From: a bacterium | GTDB lineage: Bacteria; Zhuqueibacterota; Zhuqueibacteria; Oceanimicrobiales; Oceanimicrobiaceae | Assembly (NCBI GenBank): GCA_046757165.1 | Contig: JBHHXT010000006.1 | Location: 780-64,779, forward strand | DNA: 64,000 bases | Direction of reading: 5' to 3' | In this document: one piece after another, positions 44,950-54,729 of the stretch | Numbering within the stretch: position 1 is the first letter of the stretch | Layout of the letters: the number at the start of each line of letters is the position of its first letter | Translations under genes and position numbers: made by a program | Notes under the pieces: model-generated | What the model was told of the DNA's origin: nothing | Seen by the model: the letters and a program-made list of their open reading frames with translations, nothing else | Database searches by the model: none

Positions 44950-46224
44950 ATGGAAGACCTCCTTCAACGTAGAGTTGCAGTGCCGGAAGTCTCTTGCCCC
45001 ATCGAGGTATTTGACGTCGAGATGGTACGCGATGACTTTCCACTTTTGCACAAGAGAGTGCACGGCAAACGTTTGGTGTACCTCGATAATGCCGCGACCT
45101 CCCAGAAACCGCGGGTCGTTATCGAGGCGGTCAAGGCGTATTACGAAGTGCAGAATGCCAATATTCACCGGGGCGTGCACTACTTGAGTGAGCTGGCCAC
45201 CTCACAATATGAAGAGGCGCGCGTCAAAGTCCGGAAGTTCATCAACGCAGGCTCGGAAAAAGAGATCATTTTTACACGCGGCACGACAGAATCGGTGAAT
45301 CTGGTCGCCGCGTCCTATGGCCGGCAACATCTGAAGGATGGGGATGAAATTGTCATCTCTACGATGGAGCATCACTCGAACATCGTTCCCTGGCAGCTTC
45401 TGTGCGAGCAGACCGGTGCCAAGCTGCGCGTGATTCCAATGAATGACTCCGGTGAGCTCGTTCTCGCGAAGTACGAGTCGCTTTTGACGGAGCGCACGAA
45501 ACTCGTCGCGCTGGTCCACATCTCTAATTCGCTCGGCACGATCAACCCGGTGAAAGAGATGATTGCCTCCGCCCATGCCCGCAACATCCCGGTTCTTCTC
45601 GATGGCGCGCAAGCCGTAGTACACACCCGCGTTGACGTGCAGGATCTGGATTGTGATTTCTATGCCTTCTCGGGGCACAAGATGCTGGGACCGACCGGAA
45701 TCGGTGTGCTCTACGGCAAGGAGGCGTTGCTGGACGCCATGCCGCCCTATCAGGGAGGCGGCGATATGATCAAATCCGTCACGTTTGACCGGACGACCTA
45801 TAATGACTTGCCCTACAAATTCGAAGCGGGTACGCCCAACATGGCCGGGACCATCGGCCTTGGCCACGCGATTGACTATCTGCTCGACCTCGGTTTTGAC
45901 AAGATAGCGGGGCATGAGGCGTCGTTGCTGCAATATGCGCATGAAGCGTTATCCTGCATCTCGCAAGTCAAACTCATCGGCACTGCCAAGCGCAAAGCCG
46001 GGGTGGTTTCCTTTGTGATCGAGGGCGTGCATGCGCATGATGTTGGCACGATTTTAGACCAGAACGGCATTGCAATACGGACCGGCCACCACTGCACGCA
46101 GCCGGTGATGGATTGGTTCGACGTGCCGGCAACGTCCAGAGCTTCCTTTGTTTTTTACAACACCAGAGAGGAAATCGACCTTCTGGTCAAGGGTATTTAC
46201 GGCGTGATCAACCTGTTCAAATAA
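44950..46224 (+). CDS. sufS: Cysteine desulfurase SufS (class II aminotransferase V).
   Basis: It has the PLP-lysine region FYAFSGHKMLGPTGIGVLYGK and the active-site loop RTGHHCTQP. The start could instead be 45022. Confidence 0.8.
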   Translation: MEDLLQRRVAVPEVSCPIEVFDVEMVRDDFPLLHKRVHGKRLVYLDNAATSQKPRVVIEAVKAYYEVQNANIHRGVHYLSELATSQYEEARVKVRKFINAGSEKEIIFTRGTTESVNLVAASYGRQHLKDGDEIVISTMEHHSNIVPWQLLCEQTGAKLRVIPMNDSGELVLAKYESLLTERTKLVALVHISNSLGTINPVKEMIASAHARNIPVLLDGAQAVVHTRVDVQDLDCDFYAFSGHKMLGPTGIGVLYGKEALLDAMPPYQGGGDMIKSVTFDRTTYNDLPYKFEAGTPNMAGTIGLGHAIDYLLDLGFDKIAGHEASLLQYAHEALSCISQVKLIGTAKRKAGVVSFVIEGVHAHDVGTILDQNGIAIRTGHHCTQPVMDWFDVPATSRASFVFYNTREEIDLLVKGIYGVINLFK

Positions 46225-46679
46225 TGCAAGATCTGAGAGAACTTTATCAGCAGATCATTCTCGACCACAATAAGAATCCCAAGAATTTCAAAAAGGTAGA
46301 GGGAGCGACGCATGAGTCGGAAGGCTATAATCCGCTGTGTGGCGACAAGATCAAGCTGTCGCTTAAAATGGAGGGCGACAAGATTGCTGACATCGGGTTT
46401 CAGGGTTCAGGGTGCGCCATTTCGAAGGCCTCGGCTTCCGTCATGACGACGATGGTGAAGGGCAAAAGCGTCGATGAAGCAGACGCGCTCTTCGAAATCT
46501 TCAAGCACGCGATTACGAGTGGCGTGAACGAGGAGGTCGACACCGACAGACTCGGGAAGCTGGCCGTCTTCGCCGGCGTGCGGGAATTCCCCTCTCGCAT
46601 CAAGTGCGCAGCGCTTGCCTGGCACACGATGGAGGCCGCGCTGCACAACGATGATGAGATTGTTTCAACTGAATCGTAA
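46224..46679 (+). CDS. sufU: SufU/IscU-like zinc-dependent sulfurtransferase (NifU N-terminal fold).
   Basis: Its ATG overlaps the sufS stop (TAATG). The motifs are NPLCGDKI, GSGCAISKASAS, and a C-terminal KCAALAW. Confidence 0.7.
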   Translation: MQDLRELYQQIILDHNKNPKNFKKVEGATHESEGYNPLCGDKIKLSLKMEGDKIADIGFQGSGCAISKASASVMTTMVKGKSVDEADALFEIFKHAITSGVNEEVDTDRLGKLAVFAGVREFPSRIKCAALAWHTMEAALHNDDEIVSTES

Positions 46680-46694
46680 CCATTGAGATTGTAC

Positions 46695-47018
46695 ATGGAA
46701 ACCCCCTCACAGCAGACCGACCTGAGAGATCAAATTGTTGAAGTGCTGAAGACCTGCTACGACCCGGAGATTCCGGTCAACATTTATGACTTGGGTCTCA
46801 TTTACGATATTGAAGTCGACGGCGAGAACAACGCGCACGTGACCATGACGCTTACTTCACCTGCCTGTCCTGTTGCCGGCACGCTCCCCATCGATGTGGA
46901 GGAGAAAATCAAAGGGATAAAAGAAATCAAAAGCGCCCGGGTAGAGGTGGTTTGGGAGCCGCAATGGAGCCCCGACATGATGAGCGACGTGGCAAGATAT
47001 GAACTCGGCATGATGTAA
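46695..47018 (+). CDS. sufT: SufT/DUF59 (MIP18-family) Fe-S assembly protein.
   Basis: It has the conserved DPEIPVNIYDLGLIY and TLTSPACP motifs. The alternative TTG start is at 46683. Confidence 0.7.
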   Translation: METPSQQTDLRDQIVEVLKTCYDPEIPVNIYDLGLIYDIEVDGENNAHVTMTLTSPACPVAGTLPIDVEEKIKGIKEIKSARVEVVWEPQWSPDMMSDVARYELGMM

Positions 47019-47037
47019 AAACAATCGATTCCTGTCC

Positions 47038-47457
47038 GTGTCCCTTTACCAGCAAGCGATTCTCAACCACTCCCGAAATCCCCACAACTTTGGCCGGATG
47101 CCAGATCCGACGGTTGAAGTTGTGGCAAGCAACCCGGTCTGCGGTGACGAAATTGTTCTCCAGCTCCGCATTGAAAAAAATCACATCTCCCAGGTTCGGT
47201 TCGAGGGCAAGGGCTGTTCGATCAGTCAAGCCTCCGCTTCCCTGATGTCTGACCACATCATGGGCAAAAGCATCAAACAAACGACAAAACTTTGTGAACG
47301 ATTCAAAGCCATGCTGACGGAAGGGGACTGTCGCAATCCTGAAGGATTGGAGGAGCTGCAGGTGATGCAAGACGTCCGCGCCTATCCCGTTCGGGTGAAA
47401 TGTGCGTTGCTGGCCTGGGATGCGCTGCGGGATGGCATCGCAATGTATCAAAGGTGA
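47038..47457 (+). CDS. Second SufU/IscU-like paralog.
   Basis: GTG start. The motifs NPVCGDEI, GKGCSISQASAS and KCALLAW parallel the first copy, with roughly 40% identity by eye. Confidence 0.65.
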   Translation: MSLYQQAILNHSRNPHNFGRMPDPTVEVVASNPVCGDEIVLQLRIEKNHISQVRFEGKGCSISQASASLMSDHIMGKSIKQTTKLCERFKAMLTEGDCRNPEGLEELQVMQDVRAYPVRVKCALLAWDALRDGIAMYQR

Positions 47458-47559
47458 GTTTTGATTCCCTATTCTTCAACAAATTCTCTTGAGTTTTCGA
47501 ATCAGATTTGTTAAGTTGATTTTGGTTCTTTAACATCATCAAAGCAAAAAGGAGGGAGG

Positions 47560-48240
47560 ATGAAAGACAACGTTAGAGCTTATCTCGCGGAATTTCTGGC
47601 CACGTTCGCTTTGTGTTTTTTCGGCGCCGGGGCGATCGTGACCAACACCTATTCGAATGGTGAGCTTGGCTTGATCGGGATCGCGCTGGCGCATGCCGTG
47701 GTCCTGGCCATCATGATCAATGCAACCGGTCATATCTCGGGCGGTCATGTCAATCCGGCGGTGACGCTCGCTTTCATGGTCACCAAAAAAATCGAGGCGC
47801 TAAAAGGAGTGGGGTACATCATTTCTCAGCTCGCGGGTGGGGTTGTGGCAGGTCTGGCGCTCAGAGTCATCTTTAGCCCGCAAGTCTGGGCTGATACCCA
47901 TCTCGGCACCCCGGCGCTCTCTTCCGGGGTATCCCCTGAACACGGTGTTCTTATTGAAGCGATTCTGACGTTTTTTCTGATGTTTACCATTTATGCCACG
48001 GCGGTGGACAAACGCGCCCCGCAGAATGTCTACGGGTTTGCGATTGGACTCGTTCTCTTGTTCGATATTCTGATGGGTGGGCCGCTGACAGGTGCTGCCA
48101 TGAATCCTGCCAGAACGTTTGGCCCGGCGCTCGCTTCAGGATTCTTCGTGCGCCACTGGGTTTACTGGGTTGGGCCTGTACTCGGAGCGGTCAGCGCTGC
48201 TTTGCTGTATGACCGTTTTTTCCTTTCGGATGAGAAATAG
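47560..48240 (+). CDS. aqpZ: Aquaporin / MIP-family channel.
   Basis: It carries two NPA boxes (HVNPAVT, MNPARTFGP) on a six-TM layout. An AAAGGAGGGAGG ribosome-binding site precedes it. Confidence 0.85.
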   Translation: MKDNVRAYLAEFLATFALCFFGAGAIVTNTYSNGELGLIGIALAHAVVLAIMINATGHISGGHVNPAVTLAFMVTKKIEALKGVGYIISQLAGGVVAGLALRVIFSPQVWADTHLGTPALSSGVSPEHGVLIEAILTFFLMFTIYATAVDKRAPQNVYGFAIGLVLLFDILMGGPLTGAAMNPARTFGPALASGFFVRHWVYWVGPVLGAVSAALLYDRFFLSDEK

Positions 48241-48308
48241 CTAATGACGGACAAATTCACGTAGATAGGCTGTAGACTTTAGGTAGGAAGCGCCTAGTAG
48301 GCCACTGT

Positions 48309-48367
48309 CTAAACACCCGAATAGTTCACCTATTCTTTTCCGACATACTTCTATCGCCCCAATTCCG
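48309..48367. promoter_or_regulatory. Two short palindromes upstream of the first enoyl-CoA hydratase gene; candidate operator sites.
   Basis: GAATAG-ttcac-CTATTC spans 48309-48325 and AATTCC-gtcat-GGAATT spans 48351-48367, lying 80-140 nt upstream of the ATG at 48447. Confidence 0.3.
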
Positions 48368-48446
48368 TCATGGAATTATTTTCAAAGTTGTGGTGTTCTT
48401 GCAAAGAATCGAAAGTCACAAACATTATACCAGAGGAGAATCTTAG

Positions 48447-49235
48447 ATGCCAGAGAGTTTAGTGGACTACCGTGTGGAAGACGGTATCGCCATCCTGGAG
48501 CTGAACAACCCGCCGGCGAACAGTTATAATCACGAAATGATGGCTGCGTTGGACGCCTGTGTTTTGAAGGCGAGGTTTGATGCGTCTGTGCACCTGTTGA
48601 TCATCACGGGAAAAGGAGAGAAGTTCTTTTCCGGTGGCGCGGACATCAACATGTTACAGTCCAACGGTCCAGAATATCTCTACAATTTCGGCCTGCACGG
48701 CAATGAAACCTTGATGCGGATCGAAAACACGCCAAAACTCGTCATCGCTGCGATCAATGGCCACGCCATGGGCGGCGGGTGTGAAATCAGTCTGGCATGT
48801 GATCTGCGCGTTGCTAAGGCCGGCAAGAGCAAGATCGGGTTGCCCGAAGTCAACCTGGGCGTGCTGCCCGGGATGGGCGGTACGCAACGGCTGCCGCGCT
48901 TGATCGGCCAGGCCAGGGCGATAGAGCTGATGGCCTCGGGGGCCGCGCTTTCCGTGGACCAGGCGCTCGAGATAGGCCTGGTCAATCATGTTTTTGAAGA
49001 GGACGGGCACTGGGAAAAAGTCATGGACTATGCGCGCAATTTCGTGCCACCTAAGAAAGCGAGCCTTTCGCTTGGCTTGATCAAACGCGCCGTCAAGTCC
49101 GGGGCGGAGATGTCGCTGCCGGACGGCCTGGCACTCGAACGGGAGCTTTTGCAGCGGGGATTCGAGAGCGAAGACGCGCAGGAAGGGCTAAAGGCGTATC
49201 TTGAAAAAAGGGCGGCTAAGTTCAAAGGCAAATAA
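48447..49235 (+). CDS. Enoyl-CoA hydratase/isomerase (crotonase) family protein.
   Basis: It has the crotonase fold with oxyanion-hole motifs FFSGGADI and AAINGHAMGGGCEI. Confidence 0.8.
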   Translation: MPESLVDYRVEDGIAILELNNPPANSYNHEMMAALDACVLKARFDASVHLLIITGKGEKFFSGGADINMLQSNGPEYLYNFGLHGNETLMRIENTPKLVIAAINGHAMGGGCEISLACDLRVAKAGKSKIGLPEVNLGVLPGMGGTQRLPRLIGQARAIELMASGAALSVDQALEIGLVNHVFEEDGHWEKVMDYARNFVPPKKASLSLGLIKRAVKSGAEMSLPDGLALERELLQRGFESEDAQEGLKAYLEKRAAKFKGK

Positions 49236-49273
49236 TCGATTGAGTTGAGTAAATACGAACAGGAGACGAATTC

Positions 49274-50734
49274 ATGGCTCAGATGTTTCTAAATGGGGAA
49301 TGGGTAAACGCCAGCAGTGGCAAAACAGTTGAAATAGGAAATCCCGTCGACGGGTCGGTGGTGGACACCGTGCCGTCCAGCGACGCTGAGGACGCCACTG
49401 CCGCCGTCGAGTCTGCCAGGGCGGCCTTCAAAGAATGGGCCGGGACGGCGCCTGATGTGCGGGCGGAGATTTTGCACAGAGGCGTCGCTCTCGTCAAAGC
49501 GCAGGTGAAAGATCTGGCCGCACTGCTGACGCAAGAGCAAGGCAAGCCCTTCATGGAGTCGATGGGAGAGTTGAATCATTTCTTGCACGGCATGGAATTC
49601 TACCTCGGCCTGGCAAGCAAGGTCAGGGGCAAGCAAGTCCCTCTGCCGCCTTCGATGAATCCCAACTGTTATGGGGTGATCATGAGGCAGCCTGTGGGAA
49701 TCTGCGTCGGCATCGTCCCCTGGAACTTCCCGATCACGCTCATGGGCACCAAAGTCGGGCCTGCGCTTGTCGCCGGCTGCCCGATCATTATCAAACCGGC
49801 TTCCACCACACCTTTGACCACGCTGAAAATCATTGGTTTGCTCAACGAGGCCGGCCTCCCGGCCGGTGTGCTCAATTGTGTCACCGGCCGCGGCAGCAAG
49901 GTTGGTTCGGCTTTGATTGCGCATCCGGAGGTGCGACGAGTGGCGCTGACCGGCAGCTCCGCAACCGGCCGGCAAGTGATGCAGGTCGCTGGCCCGGATT
50001 TCAAGCGCATCACCCTGGAGCTGGGGGGCTCTGACCCGATGATCGTTTGCCCGGATGCCGACCTTGCCAAAGCGGTGAGCGGGGCCATGATCGGCCGCTA
50101 CTGGAACGCGGGCCAGGCCTGTTTGGCGGTCAAGCGGCTCTATTTGTTCGAGGAGATCTACGACGAATTTCTGGATAAACTGGTCGCAAAGGTGGGCCGC
50201 TATGAAGTGGGAGATGGCCGGGTGAAAGCGGAGAAGCCCCGCATCCGGATGGGCCCCCTGCACACGGCGTTTCAGCGCGAGGAAGTCGAAGACCAGCTCA
50301 AAGATGCTGTCGACAAGGGCGCTGAAGTTCTGGTTGGAGGCAAACGACCGCAAGACGACGGGTTGAGCAAAGGTCATTTCTTCGAGCCAGCCGTGGTCAC
50401 CAACGTGTCAGAAGAGAGCAAACTGGTGACCGAGGAGGTGTTCGGCCCGGTGCTCCCGGTCTTCAAGGTCTCTTCGCTGGATGAAGCGATTGCCAAAGCA
50501 AACGACAGCAAGTGGGGCCTCGGTGCTTCAATCTGGACGAATAATATGAAGTACGCCAATCAAGCCGCGCGTGAGATTCAGTCTGGCATGGTCTGGGTGA
50601 ACCAATTGCATTTTGGCTACGACGAGATGCCTTTCGGCGGTGTGAAAGCATCGGGGATCGGGCATGAGCACGGGCCGGAAGCACTGGATACCTATTTTGA
50701 ACCCAAAAGCGTTGTCTTTGGAGGTCTGGACTAA
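49274..50734 (+). CDS. NAD(P)-dependent aldehyde dehydrogenase.
   Basis: It carries the catalytic Glu motif LELGGSDP and the catalytic Cys in NAGQACLA, with VPWNFP near the N-terminus. Total length is 486 aa. Confidence 0.85.
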   Translation: MAQMFLNGEWVNASSGKTVEIGNPVDGSVVDTVPSSDAEDATAAVESARAAFKEWAGTAPDVRAEILHRGVALVKAQVKDLAALLTQEQGKPFMESMGELNHFLHGMEFYLGLASKVRGKQVPLPPSMNPNCYGVIMRQPVGICVGIVPWNFPITLMGTKVGPALVAGCPIIIKPASTTPLTTLKIIGLLNEAGLPAGVLNCVTGRGSKVGSALIAHPEVRRVALTGSSATGRQVMQVAGPDFKRITLELGGSDPMIVCPDADLAKAVSGAMIGRYWNAGQACLAVKRLYLFEEIYDEFLDKLVAKVGRYEVGDGRVKAEKPRIRMGPLHTAFQREEVEDQLKDAVDKGAEVLVGGKRPQDDGLSKGHFFEPAVVTNVSEESKLVTEEVFGPVLPVFKVSSLDEAIAKANDSKWGLGASIWTNNMKYANQAAREIQSGMVWVNQLHFGYDEMPFGGVKASGIGHEHGPEALDTYFEPKSVVFGGLD

Positions 50735-50912
50735 TCTGATCGACAAGACGACAACATTTTTTGGCCTGGATTATTGACAAGAGATTAGCAAATATTCACA
50801 TAACCGCTTGATTATGTCTAACTTAACGGGATCTTCAAGACTCATCTTGTTCGTGCCAATTCGTGTAGATTCGTGGCTGAATCAATTATTCGGTCGCGTC
50901 AATAGGTTATAG

Positions 50913-50932
50913 ATTCCCGCTTTCGCGGGAAT
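50913..50932. promoter_or_regulatory. Perfect 8-4-8 palindrome ATTCCCGC-tttc-GCGGGAAT upstream of the second aldehyde dehydrogenase.
   Basis: The hairpin or operator lies 50 nt before the ATG at 50985, with no U-tract after it. Confidence 0.35.
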
Positions 50933-50984
50933 GACCGACAAACTGGACTTTTATAACAACCGAACTGGGAAGAACAAATCATAC

Positions 50985-52421
50985 ATGGCTAAGATGTTCA
51001 TAGCAGGCGAGCAGGTGGACGCCCGCTCAGGCGAAACCACCACGATTTACAACCCGGCGAATGGCGAGGCCGTGGGCACGGCACCGAAGGGAAACCGGGA
51101 AGATGCGAAGATAGCCATCGAGGCGGCAGCCGGGGCGTTCAACTCCTGGTCGACAACTCCTTTTTCACAGCGGGGTGAAATTCTGTTCAACACCTCCCGG
51201 ATGGTGCGCGAGCACGAAAACGACCTGGCGGTCCTGTTGACCGAGGAGCAGGGCAAACCCCTGCGCGAATCCGTTAGAGAGATTCGCCGCTTTGCCCATA
51301 CCCTCGACCACTACGCCGGATTGGCGAAGAATATCCGTGGCGGGTATGTGCCCCTGCTGGATGCCAATCGCTTTGGCATGATCATCAAGCGTCCTCTGGG
51401 CGTTTGTGGGGCGATTGTGCCGTGGAATTTTCCGGTTTCGTTGATGGGCAACAAGATCGCGCCCGGTCTTTTAACAGGAAACACATTTGTGGTCAAACCG
51501 GCAAGCACAACGCCTCTGACGGCCACGAAAGTTGTTGAGTTGATGTTTCGGGCCGGACTGCCAACCGGGGTGCTCAACATCGTGACGGGTCCCGGAGGCA
51601 CGGTCGGGCAGGAAATCATCGAGAATTCCAAAGTGCGCAAAATCGGATTCACCGGTGCGACGGACACGGGTCGCAAGGTCATGGCAAGCGCGGCCACTGA
51701 ACTCAAACGCGTGACGCTCGAGCTGGGCGGGAGCGATCCGATGATCGTTTGCGATGACGCCAATCTCGACAAGGCGGTCAGTGCTGCTTCGGTGGGCCGG
51801 TTCTTCAATTGTGGCCAGGCCTGCCTCGCGGTCAAACGGCTCTATCTCTTTGAGCAAATCGCGGACGAGTTTATTGACAAGCTCGTTGCGAAAGTGAAGA
51901 AACTGCGGCTCGGCGACGGCCTGGCGGAGGGCACCATGATCGGACCGATGCACACAAAGGGACAACAGGCAGAGGTCGAAGCACAGGTGCAAGACGCACT
52001 CGACAAAGGGGCCAGGATTCTGGCCGGCGGCAAGCGCCCTGAAGGAGCGGAATACGCAACGGGCAACTATTATCTGCCAACCTTGTTGACCGACATCGAT
52101 GAATCCTCCAGAATCATTACCGAGGAGGTCTTCGGACCCGCCCTGCCCATCATGCGGGTGAGCTCGCTCGAGGAAGCGATCGAAAAGGCCAACGACCATA
52201 TTTATGGCCTCGGATCTTCTGTGTGGACGCGCGACCTGGATCGCGCCAACGAAGCGGCCTATCGCATCGACGCCGGTTACACCTGGATAAACTCAGCGCA
52301 GATTATCTTTGACGAAATGCCGTTCGGCGGCTTCAAGCAGAGCGGTTTGGGCAAGGAGCACGGGTCGGAGGCATTGGACTACTACATGGAAACCAAATCA
52401 GTCGTCTTTGCAAAGAATTAG
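50985..52421 (+). CDS. Second aldehyde dehydrogenase paralog.
   Basis: It contains LELGGSDP and CGQACLA. I prefer the ATG at 50985 (MAKMFIAGEQ) by alignment to the upstream paralog (MAQMFLNGEW). Confidence 0.85.
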   Translation: MAKMFIAGEQVDARSGETTTIYNPANGEAVGTAPKGNREDAKIAIEAAAGAFNSWSTTPFSQRGEILFNTSRMVREHENDLAVLLTEEQGKPLRESVREIRRFAHTLDHYAGLAKNIRGGYVPLLDANRFGMIIKRPLGVCGAIVPWNFPVSLMGNKIAPGLLTGNTFVVKPASTTPLTATKVVELMFRAGLPTGVLNIVTGPGGTVGQEIIENSKVRKIGFTGATDTGRKVMASAATELKRVTLELGGSDPMIVCDDANLDKAVSAASVGRFFNCGQACLAVKRLYLFEQIADEFIDKLVAKVKKLRLGDGLAEGTMIGPMHTKGQQAEVEAQVQDALDKGARILAGGKRPEGAEYATGNYYLPTLLTDIDESSRIITEEVFGPALPIMRVSSLEEAIEKANDHIYGLGSSVWTRDLDRANEAAYRIDAGYTWINSAQIIFDEMPFGGFKQSGLGKEHGSEALDYYMETKSVVFAKN

Positions 52422-52426
52422 CGCCC

Positions 52427-53218
52427 ATGAGCACGACGTATCAGGCGGTCACCTTCGAGCTGAGCGACAACGGCATCGCCACAATCACGCTCAACCGTCC
52501 CGATAAGCTCAACGCCATGAACAATGCCATGCGCAGCGATTTCAGGGTGCTGCGCGACGAGCTTGCTTCCAACAAGCACATCAAAGTTGTCATTTTCACC
52601 GGCGCCGGGCGCGCGTTTTCAGCCGGCGGCGATATCGACTTTCTCGACCGCGACTGGCTGACCCAGGACTTCCGCGAAGAGACGCAAGACTTCACCGGCT
52701 TTTTCGATTCGCTCGAGAGGCTGGAAAAGCCGGTTCTGGCGGCCATCAACGGCCCGTGTACTGGAGCGGGGTTGCAGATTACGCTTTCCTGTGACATCCG
52801 CATCGCGTCAGAGCGCGCAACGTTTGGCTTCCGGGAGAATCTCATCGGACTCATCCCGGGCGCGGGTGGCTGCTCGAGATTGGTCAAACTGATCGGCTAC
52901 GGCAAAGCGAAAGAATTGATTTTTACCGGTGAGATGATCTCTGCCGAAGAGGCCAAATCCATCGGCATGGTCAACCGGGTCGTGCCGCATGAGCAGTTGT
53001 TGGATGAGACTCGCACTCTGGCCGAGCACCTCCTGACCCGGGCACCCGTTGCCCTGGGTTTGGTCAAACGAATCCTGTGGAGCTGCGTCAGCGTTGACAT
53101 GGCCAGCGGCCGGACCCTGGAGAGCCTGGCGCAGAGCATTCTGATCAAAACCGAAGACCATAAGGAAGGCATTCGGGCCTTTCGCGAAAAGAGACATCCA
53201 GAGTTCAAGGGCAAATGA
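52427..53218 (+). CDS. Enoyl-CoA hydratase/isomerase family protein (second crotonase).
   Basis: It contains FSAGGDI and AAINGPCTGAGLQI, and begins 6 nt after the aldehyde dehydrogenase stop. Confidence 0.8.
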   Translation: MSTTYQAVTFELSDNGIATITLNRPDKLNAMNNAMRSDFRVLRDELASNKHIKVVIFTGAGRAFSAGGDIDFLDRDWLTQDFREETQDFTGFFDSLERLEKPVLAAINGPCTGAGLQITLSCDIRIASERATFGFRENLIGLIPGAGGCSRLVKLIGYGKAKELIFTGEMISAEEAKSIGMVNRVVPHEQLLDETRTLAEHLLTRAPVALGLVKRILWSCVSVDMASGRTLESLAQSILIKTEDHKEGIRAFREKRHPEFKGK

Positions 53219-53233
53219 GAGAATAACAAACAC

Positions 53234-54427
53234 ATGCATCGTCAAAATCAGCAGGTTTTTATCGGCGCCCCGGTTCGCACACCGATTGGCAAGTTTGGCG
53301 GTGGACTGAGCTCGCTGACCAGTCCTGAGCTGGGGGCGGTTTCTGCAACGGCAACCATCAACAGGGCCGGCATCGACCCGGACCAGATCGATGAAGTTAT
53401 CATTGGAATAGCGCGCTTGGCGGGGGTCGGTCCGAACCCCGCACGGCAGATCGCTTTCAAAGCAGGGTGCCCGGAGACCGTGCCCGCCTACTCGATCAAC
53501 ATGGCATGCGGCTCCGGGTTGAAGTCCATTATTAGCGGATTCCAAACCGTTGCCCTCGGCGACGCCAACCTCATCCTGGCGGGTGGCTCCGAGAGTTTGA
53601 GCAATGCGCCATACCTCTTGATGCAAGGCCGATGGGGCTATCGCTTGGGACACAGCCAGGTGGTTGATTCGATGTACCGGGATGGCTATCTGTGCCCGCT
53701 TTGCGACGAGATTATGGGGGAGACGGCTGAAAATCTGGCTGAGAAATACGGGATTCCCCGGACGGAATCCGATCAATACGCGCTGCTGTCTCAAAAGCGG
53801 TGCCGCATCGCACAAGAGAACGGGCGGTTTGCAGACGAAATTGTCCCGGTCGAGGTCCCCCTCAAGAAGGGGGCAGTGAAGGTGATAGACACCGATGAGC
53901 ACCCGCGGCCGGAAACGACGCTGGAAGGCCTTGCCAGGCTCGAGCCAGTGTTCAAGGAGGGCGGCACCGTCCATGCCGGCAACGCTTCCGGAATCACCGA
54001 CGGCGCCGCAACCGTGCTCGTGTTTTCCGAGCAGAAGCGCGACGAGCTCAATCTCAATCCAGTGGTCAGAATTGTCGACACCACCATTGCCGGTGTGGAC
54101 CCTTCTCTGATGGGAATCGGGCCGGTGCCGGCCGTCAAGAACCTGTTGCAGCGTAACAATTTGCACCTCAGCGATATCGACTTGATCGAGCTGAATGAAG
54201 CATTTGCGGTGCAGGTGCTTGCCTGCCACAAAGAACTGGATTTTGATATGGATAAAGTCAATGTCAACGGGGGCGCCATCGCGCTCGGACATCCAACGGG
54301 GTGCACGGGAACACGGATAACGGTCACTTTGCTGCATGAGATGGTCAAACGCGATGCAACCCTCGGGCTCGCGACGCTGTGCGTCAGTGGCGGCATGGGC
54401 GTGGCTTTGCTGGTGGAGAGAGTCTGA
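53234..54427 (+). CDS. Acetyl-CoA C-acyltransferase (thiolase II).
   Basis: It contains NMACGSGLKS with the active Cys, NVNGGAIALGHPTGCTG and CVSGGMG. Confidence 0.85.
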   Translation: MHRQNQQVFIGAPVRTPIGKFGGGLSSLTSPELGAVSATATINRAGIDPDQIDEVIIGIARLAGVGPNPARQIAFKAGCPETVPAYSINMACGSGLKSIISGFQTVALGDANLILAGGSESLSNAPYLLMQGRWGYRLGHSQVVDSMYRDGYLCPLCDEIMGETAENLAEKYGIPRTESDQYALLSQKRCRIAQENGRFADEIVPVEVPLKKGAVKVIDTDEHPRPETTLEGLARLEPVFKEGGTVHAGNASGITDGAATVLVFSEQKRDELNLNPVVRIVDTTIAGVDPSLMGIGPVPAVKNLLQRNNLHLSDIDLIELNEAFAVQVLACHKELDFDMDKVNVNGGAIALGHPTGCTGTRITVTLLHEMVKRDATLGLATLCVSGGMGVALLVERV

Positions 54428-54729
54428 TGGCCAGAGTTCCGAAAGAATATCACAAGTTTTTCTGGGAAGTGAAGGCAGAGATGCTGGACACGGAGGAGTA
54501 TCCTGAGTATATCATCGAACGGATTCTGGAGCACGGGACGCTGGAATCGGTGAAGTGGCTACGCAGTACCATCGGGGATGAGAGGATAAGGTCGTTTGTC
54601 AAGACTCGAGGAGACCGAAGCCTGTCGTCCATGACTTTTAACTTTTGGCAATTAATCCTTAAGCTGAGTCCAGAGGAATGTACACGAATGTCCTCAACAA
54701 GACGCAAATACTCATTCTGGAAGTATTGA
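54427..54729 (+). CDS. Small protein (100 aa); probable antitoxin partner of the downstream AbiEii-family nucleotidyltransferase.
   Basis: Its ATG overlaps the thiolase stop (TGATG), and its 3' end overlaps the start of the next ORF by 51 nt. I recognise no catalytic motif. Confidence 0.4.
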   Translation: MARVPKEYHKFFWEVKAEMLDTEEYPEYIIERILEHGTLESVKWLRSTIGDERIRSFVKTRGDRSLSSMTFNFWQLILKLSPEECTRMSSTRRKYSFWKY

